NCBI GenBank assembly: GCA_905236735.1
Contig: CAJOOU010000050.1
Coordinates: 1-42,461 of the forward strand
Length of the DNA stretch: 42,461 nucleotides
Direction of reading: 5' to 3'
Source: an uncultured Eubacterium sp.
GTDB taxonomy: Bacteria > Bacillota > Clostridia > Lachnospirales > Lachnospiraceae
Below are positions 35,234-42,461 of this stretch, one piece after another; within the stretch, counting starts at the first letter, position 1; each line of letters opens with the position of its first letter. The notes beneath the pieces were generated by a model. That model was given only the letters and a program-made list of their open reading frames with translations. It was not told where the DNA came from and ran no database searches. Position numbers and translations under genes: made by a program.

Positions 35234-36415
35234 CTACTCCTCCGTTTCTGTGTCTATGGACAAAGCAGTATCCTCCTGCACTTCCTCATCCGGCGGAAGA
35301 TATACATATGTTCTTGATGTTACAGATGAATACATGCCGTTTTTGTCGCATATTATCACTGAGAAAATATTATTACCCTCAAGCAGCTTTAAAGGTCCCG
35401 AATATACACTTGATGAAGCGGTCGGAGTGCTTCCGTCCCAGGTATAATAAGCTGTTGCACCATCGGGGACAGAAACGTTAATCTCCATCTGCGAAGTATA
35501 GGTACCGGACGAAAGCGAAACGCTCGGAGCCTCGGGCGTGGTAAGAGTTATAACATATGTTTCCTCCGAAACAAGGCTGCTTCGTCCTTTTTCATCCACG
35601 CAGATCGCCGAAAGAGTTGTTTCACCGTCACCAATCTCTATGGCACCACCGTATATCTGCGACTGTTCGGTTGGCTCGCTGCCATCGGTAGTATAATATA
35701 TACTGAGATTATCCTCGGAAGAAATCTCCACCTTAAGTACATCATCATATTCTCCTCCCCTTATGGAGATAATGGGAGCAGATACAAGGTAATCGCCGAA
35801 TAACGACAAAATATCATCATTGGTTACATCCTTTGCGAGAGCAAGCATATTTTCATAGTCATCCTGTGTATTGTAAATTTCAATCAAAAGACTGTAGGCA
35901 TCTCTTGATGCCGGGTCGATTTCCACTGCCTCGAGAAGTACTTCTATGGCGCTTTCATAATCTTCAAGGGCCATATAGCACTGCCCCATCAAAACTCTGG
36001 CATCCACGCTTTTTCCGTTAATGGAAAGGGCTGTATTAAGGTATTCTATGGCTTTGCTGTAGTTTGCATCCGAATACTGCTCAAGTGCCATCTTGTACTG
36101 GTAATCATAGGAATTTTTATGTCTTTTGCCCGTGAATACGGCAATTAAAAGTACTACAATTACTATAAGACCAATAAGGCCGCATATTACAGCCTTTAGG
36201 GTTTTTTTCTTTCTGGCTGCTTTTGCCTCCTCTTTCTGCTGTCTCAGCCGTTCCTCTTCTTCGGCCTTTTTCTTCTCTTCCCTGTCATCAATCATTTCCC
36301 TGAGCAGCTCGTCATCGGAAATATTATATTCCGGCACAAGCTGCAGCTCGCTGCCGCAGACAGAGCAATACATATTGCCGTTTTTTATTTCCGCTCCGCA
36401 ATTTTTACACTTCAT
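35234..36415 (-). CDS. Zinc-ribbon / single-TM / TPR protein with two CHB_HEX_C-like (Fn3-associated) domains
   Basis: It has CxxC...CxxC (MKCKNCGAEIKNGNMYCSVCG), a charged coil, a TM helix (AVICGLIGLIVIVVLLIAVF), and TPR-like repeats (AIEYLNTAL, AIEVLLEAV). Two segments resemble the chitobiase C-terminal domain (IYYTTDGSEPT and AYYTWDGSTPT). Confidence 0.75.
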   Translation of the reverse strand: MKCKNCGAEIKNGNMYCSVCGSELQLVPEYNISDDELLREMIDDREEKKKAEEEERLRQQKEEAKAARKKKTLKAVICGLIGLIVIVVLLIAVFTGKRHKNSYDYQYKMALEQYSDANYSKAIEYLNTALSINGKSVDARVLMGQCYMALEDYESAIEVLLEAVEIDPASRDAYSLLIEIYNTQDDYENMLALAKDVTNDDILSLFGDYLVSAPIISIRGGEYDDVLKVEISSEDNLSIYYTTDGSEPTEQSQIYGGAIEIGDGETTLSAICVDEKGRSSLVSEETYVITLTTPEAPSVSLSSGTYTSQMEINVSVPDGATAYYTWDGSTPTASSSVYSGPLKLLEGNNIFSVIICDKNGMYSSVTSRTYVYLPPDEEVQEDTALSIDTETEE

Positions 36416-36429
36416 ATAGCCTTTCCCCT

Positions 36430-38976
36430 TTAAAGATATTCTTCCTTATACTGTTCAAACTGTTCTTCACTCATAAGGATTTGTCTCGGCTTTGTACCTT
36501 CTTCCGGTCCGACAATTTCAGCATCCGCGAGCTGATCCATTATACGCGCAGCCCTGTTAAATCCTATTCTGAACTTTCTCTGGAGTGAGCCTATGGATGC
36601 CTTATCCGCGTTAATGATAAATTCGGCGGCCTGGGCAAAAAGTTCATCCCTTTCGTCTGCCGTCTGCGACACCTCCGAAGATGATGATGCTGTGGTATTG
36701 TGAATTTCCTCTATGGCACTGCCCACATCATCATTATCCGTTTGAGCCGTATAGTTTTCTTTTATGTAGCTTACAACATTTGCCACCTCTTTGTCGTCCA
36801 CAAATGCTCCCTGTACTCTCTTGGGTTTGGAAAGTCCCTGCGGATAATAAAGCATATCGCCTTTACCGAGCAGTTTTTCCGCACCGTTCATATCAAGAAT
36901 TGTTCGTGAATCAACTCCCGACGAAACCGAAAAAGCTATTCGCGAAGGCATATTCGCCTTGATAAGACCTGTAATGACATTTACGCTCGGTCTTTGAGTT
37001 GCTATTATAAGATGTATTCCGCAGGCTCTCGCAAGCTGTGCAAGTCTGCATATTGCATCCTCCACATCTCCCGGGGCTACCATCATAAGGTCGGCAAGCT
37101 CGTCAACGATAACAACAATCTGCGGAAGTTTTTGGGGCATTTCCTCTTCGGGAACGCCTGTTATTTCATCCACATGCCTGTTATATGCAAATATATCCCT
37201 TACTCCGGTGGTTGCGAATTTATTATATCTGTCGGTCATCTCATTAACAGCCCAGTTAAGTGCTGCAGCTGCTTTTTTGGGGTCTGTTACAACATTTGTA
37301 AGCAGATGAGGTATACCGTTATAAACAGAAAGCTCAACCACCTTGGGATCAATCATAATCATTTTCACTTCTTCAGGCGATGCATGATACAAAATGCTCA
37401 TTATTATCGTATTTATACATACCGATTTACCCGAACCCGTAGCACCGGCAATGAGCAGGTGAGGCATCTTTGCAATATCCGCAATAACAACTCCTCCGCC
37501 TATATCTTTTCCTGCCGTAAAGGCAATCTTTGACTTTTGTTTTTTAAAGGTATCAGATTCAAGAAGTTCTCTTAAAGTAACCGTGACATTTTCCTTATTG
37601 GGCACCTCTATACCTATAACGGATTTGCCGGGTATCGGAGCTTCTATACGGATATCTGCCGCTGCAAGAGCCAGCTTTATATCGTCAGCAAGACCTACGA
37701 TTTTTGAAACCTTAACTCCGGCATTAGGTAAAATCTCATACCTCGTAACCGAAGGTCCCATTTCAAATCCCGTAACGGTCGCGTCAACACCGAAACTGTT
37801 TAAAGTACTCTGCAGTTTATCCTTAACTGAAGCATTGTCGTTTTTAAGTGTTTTGGCCTTTGGACTTGCCAGAAGTTCAAGCGGAAAACTCTTGTACGGC
37901 GACTGTGATTTTTCATCGTTTATACTGATTTTGTCTCCGGCAGGTTCAGCAGGCTTATTTCTGACTCTGTCTGCAGCAGGCGGCTTAGCAAAAACTTCTT
38001 TTTCGTATACCTTAGCCTTATCTTCTTTTTCAGGCTTATATATATCAGATGGCTCAAAAGAGTCAAAAGTTTCCGATAAATCCGCATCATCATATATCTC
38101 TGTCTGTACGGGAGAAACATCGGCAGCTGCCAAACCGCTTTGATAATCCGATGCCGGTTTAGACATTAAACTCATATTAGAATTCAGCTGCTCTATTACG
38201 GTATTTGAAAAATAGCTGTCTTTAGCCTCTTCTTCTGCCGGCTCATCTATGGAAAGTTCTTTCAAATCATCACTTTCATAACCCGGATTAACAGCCCCTT
38301 CTGACGGTCCTACTGTTGTATCAAAACTTACTCCCGTTCTTTTTTTATCCATTCTGAGTTTTTTATCGGCTTTGTTTTCGGCGATGATTTCACGCATTGC
38401 TCTGGTTTTGTCACGGGATGCGGCATATACATCACTTCCGCCTTTTATTGCCGCGTCGACAAAGGATATTTCCGTCATAAAAACAAGACAGATAATCATT
38501 AAGGCAACATCAATAATATAACATGCAATAAGTCCGAAAACAGGTCTAAGCACTATTTCAAGTATGCCTCCGCAGAATCCTCCGCCAAGTCTGTTTTCTC
38601 TGGAAAATGTGATAATACTTCCGAGTCCGTTTGCCATATCATATCCTCCGGTAAGGAGTTCGAAAAACAGACATAAAAGTATAAAGAATACCCAAAAAGC
38701 AATTGTTTTGGGTATTCTTCCTGTATTGTTTTTCCTGATATACAGATAAACAATGCTTCCTATTACGCATATAGGAAACACATATGCCATTATACCGAAT
38801 ACGGAAAAAGTAACAAATCTGCAAACAGCAGCAAAACTTCCGCCTATTCCGAGTGTGCCCATAAAAATCAGCACACTAAATACTGCGATTAAGATTCTAA
38901 CCGCATCATCACGCACCAGATTGCTTTGCTCATTATTATGCTTTACATTTTTTCTAGTCTTCTTCGTCCGGCTCAT
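36430..38976 (-). CDS. ftsK: DNA translocase FtsK/SpoIIIE
   Basis: It has N-terminal TM helices, a long low-complexity linker, a motor domain (Walker [20 protein letters not shown]), and a C-terminal gamma wHTH ([23 protein letters not shown]). The start is uncertain. I prefer ATG 38976 (MSRTKKTRK), which overlaps the yebC stop by 23 nt. Confidence 0.9.
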   Translation of the reverse strand: MSRTKKTRKNVKHNNEQSNLVRDDAVRILIAVFSVLIFMGTLGIGGSFAAVCRFVTFSVFGIMAYVFPICVIGSIVYLYIRKNNTGRIPKTIAFWVFFILLCLFFELLTGGYDMANGLGSIITFSRENRLGGGFCGGILEIVLRPVFGLIACYIIDVALMIICLVFMTEISFVDAAIKGGSDVYAASRDKTRAMREIIAENKADKKLRMDKKRTGVSFDTTVGPSEGAVNPGYESDDLKELSIDEPAEEEAKDSYFSNTVIEQLNSNMSLMSKPASDYQSGLAAADVSPVQTEIYDDADLSETFDSFEPSDIYKPEKEDKAKVYEKEVFAKPPAADRVRNKPAEPAGDKISINDEKSQSPYKSFPLELLASPKAKTLKNDNASVKDKLQSTLNSFGVDATVTGFEMGPSVTRYEILPNAGVKVSKIVGLADDIKLALAAADIRIEAPIPGKSVIGIEVPNKENVTVTLRELLESDTFKKQKSKIAFTAGKDIGGGVVIADIAKMPHLLIAGATGSGKSVCINTIIMSILYHASPEEVKMIMIDPKVVELSVYNGIPHLLTNVVTDPKKAAAALNWAVNEMTDRYNKFATTGVRDIFAYNRHVDEITGVPEEEMPQKLPQIVVIVDELADLMMVAPGDVEDAICRLAQLARACGIHLIIATQRPSVNVITGLIKANMPSRIAFSVSSGVDSRTILDMNGAEKLLGKGDMLYYPQGLSKPKRVQGAFVDDKEVANVVSYIKENYTAQTDNDDVGSAIEEIHNTTASSSSEVSQTADERDELFAQAAEFIINADKASIGSLQRKFRIGFNRAARIMDQLADAEIVGPEEGTKPRQILMSEEQFEQYKEEYL

Positions 38977-39697
38977 CCCAGTTGTGATATACCTCCTGCA
39001 CATCATCATCTTCATCAAGTAAGTCAAGCGTCTTGCGGATGTGATAAATATCCTGTTCATCGCTTAGTTCCACATAGGTCTGCGGAATCATTGTAACTTC
39101 TGCCGAAGCCATTGGTATACCTGCAGCTTCCAGAGACTCTCTTACCTGAGAAAAATCAGCGGGACTTGTAAGAATTTCATAGCTGTCGTCCTCTTCGTTA
39201 AAGTCTTCGGCGCCGGCATCAAGTGCCGTCATCATAAGTTCATCACCGTCTCCGTCAAACTCTTCTTTAGCTACGATAATCTGTCCCTTTTCATCAAACA
39301 TATAAGATACGCATCCTGTGGTACCTACATTACCGTTGCCCTTTGTAAATGCGCTTCTGACATTGGCTGCTGTACGGTTTTTGTTGTCGGTAAGTGCCCT
39401 GACAATAATAGCCGTACCGTTCGGACCGTATCCTTCGTATGTAATTGTTTCGTAGTTAACGCTTCCGACATCTCCGGCAGCCTTTTTGATGCCTCTTTCT
39501 ATGGTATCGTTTGGCATATTGTTGGATTTGGCCTTTGCTATTACATCACGAAGCTTGCTGTTGTTTGTCGGATCCGGACCGCCTTCTTTTACGGCAACCG
39601 CGATTTCCCTGCCGATAACGGTAAAAATCTTTCCTTTGGCTTTATCGTTTTTTTCCTTTTTATGTTTAATGTTTGCAAATTTTGAATGTCCTGACAT
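38954..39697 (-). CDS. yebC: YebC/PmpR family DNA-binding regulator/translation factor
   Basis: It begins [25 protein letters not shown], the canonical YebC N-terminus. A GGAAGG RBS precedes ATG 39697. Confidence 0.92.
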   Translation of the reverse strand: MSGHSKFANIKHKKEKNDKAKGKIFTVIGREIAVAVKEGGPDPTNNSKLRDVIAKAKSNNMPNDTIERGIKKAAGDVGSVNYETITYEGYGPNGTAIIVRALTDNKNRTAANVRSAFTKGNGNVGTTGCVSYMFDEKGQIIVAKEEFDGDGDELMMTALDAGAEDFNEEDDSYEILTSPADFSQVRESLEAAGIPMASAEVTMIPQTYVELSDEQDIYHIRKTLDLLDEDDDVQEVYHNWDEPDEED

Positions 39698-39701
39698 TTC
39701 A

Positions 39702-40628
39702 TTAACCTTCCTTTTCTTCTTTTTCAAGTTTAACCGCAAGTACAGATTTCACGGTTTTGTTTTTTACTGATAGTGTTTTAAACAAATATCCCTTGTACGA
39801 AACCTCAAACCTTTCATTGTCATCCGGAATCTTGTCAATAAGGGCAATAATAAGACCGTTGAGCGTATCAATATCATCATTATCGATTTCGATACCGAGA
39901 GCTTCACCTACATCATCAAGCTCAGTTCTACCGTCAATTATAAATGAGTTCATCCCACGCTTTATAATCATGTTCTCGGCTTTGTCATGCTCATCTTCAA
40001 TATTGCCGAATACTTCCTCAAGTATATCTTCCATTGTAACTATACCCGATGTCTGTCCGTATTCATCAACAACTATAACCATGTGTTTTTTTGTTTTCTG
40101 CATGGTTTTAAACAAAATATTAATATTCTGCGTTTCAGGTATGAAAAGAGGATCCGAAACAAGGCCCGGAATTTCACAGAGACTTAAGGTTGTATTTCTG
40201 TTCTTTCTGTAATATACAAAGGCATCTTTTATATGCAGGATACCGATAATGTGATCGATATCATCCTTGTATACCGGAAATCTCGAATAATTTTCACCGA
40301 GCATATAATCAAGGGCTTCCTCGAAGCTCATTTCCTCATCCAGTCCGGCGACATTTTTCCTGACCGTCATAATGTCATCCGCCTGTGTGTCGGAAAACTC
40401 AAAAATATTGTTAATCATTTCAGCTTCACTTGAAAGTATGGTTCCTTTTTCATGACCTTCATTAACCATGGAAATGATTTCTTCTTCGGTAACATCCTCA
40501 GCTGCAATTTTTTTTGCGTTTTCTTTTTTCTTCATCCAGAAATATACTATGAAGCAAATAACTGCCGTAAGTAATAATACTCCGCCGATAAGAACTGCAA
40601 TAAGTATAAGCGGCGCGGAATCATCCAT
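39702..40628 (-). CDS. CBS-pair plus CorC_HlyC domain protein with a single N-terminal TM helix (CorC/TlyC-like)
   Basis: It has one TM helix ([24 protein letters not shown]), then [23 protein letters not shown], tandem CBS motifs, and the C-terminal transporter-associated domain. I prefer ATG 40628, but GTG 40640 is possible. Confidence 0.8.
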   Translation of the reverse strand: MDDSAPLILIAVLIGGVLLLTAVICFIVYFWMKKKENAKKIAAEDVTEEEIISMVNEGHEKGTILSSEAEMINNIFEFSDTQADDIMTVRKNVAGLDEEMSFEEALDYMLGENYSRFPVYKDDIDHIIGILHIKDAFVYYRKNRNTTLSLCEIPGLVSDPLFIPETQNINILFKTMQKTKKHMVIVVDEYGQTSGIVTMEDILEEVFGNIEDEHDKAENMIIKRGMNSFIIDGRTELDDVGEALGIEIDNDDIDTLNGLIIALIDKIPDDNERFEVSYKGYLFKTLSVKNKTVKSVLAVKLEKEEKEG

Positions 40629-40695
40629 AAATAAAAACACCTGCCTTTAAAAAATATTAAACACCAAAAAATTTTACTATTTATAGCAAAAATAG

Positions 40696-41877
40696 TCAAG
40701 CATACTGCTTTATTAATGCTTCTACAACCTCAAGAATATCCCTGACTTCACTGCTAAGTGCTGCTTCTTTTTCAGCAGCTTTTGAGATTCTGTCATATTC
40801 GTACTGCATGTTTTTGACAATCTGTTCTATACGACTGCGGCATTTTTGTCTCTGCTCAATATACTTATGCCTGATTTCCACCATTTCCTTATCGTCAACA
40901 AGAGCCGGAGCCGCATGAATCCAGATATTTTTATCAAAAAGATTATAATCTCCGAGTTCTCTCAGCAATACCTTTTTATAATAGTCAAGGTCCTCATTTG
41001 CCCTCTCATACGCATCCCTTTCCCTTACGGCCTGAAGGTACTGTTCCCAGAGATATCCCAGTTCATACGAGCTTTTGACATTGTATTTTTCGTATGCATA
41101 GTTTACGGCATTTGTAATAGTTACATACTTTGCCTTCATCTGGTTTAAAAGTACTATCGCCCTGTTAATATTGGCTTCGGCCTGTTTTAATCTCTTTTGA
41201 TTATTCTGTATTCTGACAAAAATAATCATAACAGCTGCAGCTATGGCAGCACTTACGGAAAGCGCCGGCAGATTCATATCTATGCGGTATCTGACCGTTG
41301 CCACAGCGCATATGACCATCCACACCGCAAATACCACGAGTATCACATAAAGAAGTCTGTTTAAAAGAGACTGTTCCGAACTTATTTCGGATATCTCGAT
41401 TGCCCATAAATGTTTTTCGCCTTCAAGATGCTGCATATCACGCTTTACGACATTCTGATAAGCCTCGTTGGATTTAAGGTCGTTAATTCTGTCCGGCATA
41501 TCGTTTTGAACTCTGTCAAACTCACTCATCCTCTCATCGGGAATCTGCACGCTTTTCATCCTGTATTTGTCTTTGGTAGTATTCAGGTTAATGATGTTTT
41601 TGGCTGTCTGCGCGAGATCCTCCCTCTCGTTTTCCGGCAGATTGATTATGATTTCCGTGTCGTTTAAATATCCGGTTAACACCTCATACTCTGACTTTTC
41701 TTTCTTAAGGTCTCCCACAAGCTCCATAATTTTTTCGCAACTGCCTATAACACTCTGCTCGCTGCCTATATATGAGTGTTCATAGTTTGCCCCGGATATA
41801 ATTTCTTCGTATTCTTCCGATATATCATTTGCTTTTTTTTTGCTGAGTTTTCCAAATAATTTACGAAACAGCCCCAT
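40696..41877 (-). CDS. Hypothetical membrane protein: N-terminal amphipathic helix, central TM hairpin, coiled-coil C-terminus
   Basis: 393-aa ORF with a GAGGG RBS 6 nt upstream. It begins MGLFRKLFGKLSKKK and has two hydrophobic helices at about residues 174-220. Both flanking domains are heptad-rich. I recognise no family. Confidence 0.7.
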   Translation of the reverse strand: MGLFRKLFGKLSKKKANDISEEYEEIISGANYEHSYIGSEQSVIGSCEKIMELVGDLKKEKSEYEVLTGYLNDTEIIINLPENEREDLAQTAKNIINLNTTKDKYRMKSVQIPDERMSEFDRVQNDMPDRINDLKSNEAYQNVVKRDMQHLEGEKHLWAIEISEISSEQSLLNRLLYVILVVFAVWMVICAVATVRYRIDMNLPALSVSAAIAAAVMIIFVRIQNNQKRLKQAEANINRAIVLLNQMKAKYVTITNAVNYAYEKYNVKSSYELGYLWEQYLQAVRERDAYERANEDLDYYKKVLLRELGDYNLFDKNIWIHAAPALVDDKEMVEIRHKYIEQRQKCRSRIEQIVKNMQYEYDRISKAAEKEAALSSEVRDILEVVEALIKQYA

Positions 41878-42461
41878 ATTCCGCCCTCTTTATATAATCA
41901 TTTTTAAGTTCATCGAGTTTCCTCAGGTATATTTCAAAAAAATCCGACTCCTCATCTTCCTTTGCAGCCCTCATTTCACGGGTGATTTCGGCGTATCTGC
42001 TTTTCACTTCTTCCGACTCTTTAATGCCTGTAAAAAGATCGGTAAAATCATACCATGTTCTAAGGTCAATGTCATTTATGTCCGTATCATACTCCCTGTC
42101 ACCATAGAGAATAAAACTGCATAAAAGAGCGTTTTTGCGGCTTTCCAAAGCCCCTGAAAAATGAAAGGCTTTTTCATAGCAGGCTCTTGCCGTTTCAAAA
42201 ACAAACATCCTTGCATAACTCGTGCCCATATTATGCCACAGTTTTCCCAAAAGAGCCCTTTCTTCAAAATCGCAAAGTCCGATTACCTTCCGGTAAACCG
42301 TAATAGCCGCAAAGCATTTTCCGTCCTCAAGGAGTTTATCGGCCCTTATCTTTTCTCTTTCTTTAGGAGAGATGCTTTCAAGTTTCCTTATAACGGTAAG
42401 CGCATTGTTTACATCATTGTTTGCCGGATATCCGCCGTAGGAAAGAATAGCTACGGCAAAC
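41861..42461 (-). CDS. Hypothetical helical-repeat (TPR-like) protein, 5' end outside the window
   Basis: The reading frame stays open from the window edge (FAVAILSYGGYPANNDVNNAL...) to the TAA at 41861. The ORF-track M at 42250 is an internal TTG. The gene overlaps the downstream gene by 17 nt. Confidence 0.6.
   Translation of the reverse strand, partial: FAVAILSYGGYPANNDVNNALTVIRKLESISPKEREKIRADKLLEDGKCFAAITVYRKVIGLCDFEERALLGKLWHNMGTSYARMFVFETARACYEKAFHFSGALESRKNALLCSFILYGDREYDTDINDIDLRTWYDFTDLFTGIKESEEVKSRYAEITREMRAAKEDEESDFFEIYLRKLDELKNDYIKRAEYGAVS

Noticed and set aside
41833-41841. A9 homopolymer in codons 12-15 (SKKKA) of the 2-TM protein gene, and an A8 tract at the mreC 5' end (about 10801-10808), as phase-variation switches
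   Set aside because: Lys-run coding tracts of this length are common in AT-rich genomes. There is no evidence of length variation from a single sequence, and mreC is an unlikely contingency locus.
1-42461. Defence island, prophage, transposon or other accessory module
   Set aside because: No integrase, transposase, recombinase, nuclease/helicase defence-type genes or toxin-antitoxin pairs are present. There are no tRNA attachment sites, no flanking direct repeats and no obvious compositional break. Almost every gene has a clear housekeeping assignment.

Overview
This 42.5-kb window looks like core chromosome of a low-GC Firmicute. The clostridial, Lachnospiraceae-like assignment is an inference from gene order and protein sequences. 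I could support 39 protein-coding genes and found no rRNA, tRNA, CRISPR array, transposase, integrase, phage genes or recognisable defence genes. Positions 255-25834 hold 22 tightly packed minus-strand housekeeping genes: phoH, a pgpH-like gene, ybeY, a MurJ/SpoVB-family flippase, two flavoproteins, mutS, mutL, miaA, ynbB, mreB, mreC, mreD, pbp2, rodA, an mgsA-like gene, a DD-carboxypeptidase, yggS, sepF, aroB, lspA and rluD. A divergent Rrf2-sufCBDSU Fe-S cluster operon follows on the plus strand (26041-31398). After that come a minus-strand polar amino-acid ABC transporter, rlmH and xpt on the plus strand, and a minus-strand block. That block runs: 5'-truncated helical-repeat protein, 2-TM coiled-coil protein, CorC-like CBS protein, yebC, ftsK, zinc-ribbon/TPR surface protein. 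I did not find a convincing novel multi-gene system, and the region is mostly ordinary. The points most worth a second look are: (1) a structured tandem and inverted repeat array around the terminator palindrome downstream of rluD (32-254); (2) an MgsA homologue whose catalytic Asp and His are replaced; (3) a PgpH-like 7TM protein with a degenerate HD motif in the phoH-ybeY operon; (4) an uncharacterised, translationally coupled gene pair at the right edge (40696-42461), next to a CorC-like protein that lacks its usual DUF21 membrane domain; (5) a divergent MreB and a PBP2 with a very large insertion. All homology calls come from reading the translations by eye, not from database searches.
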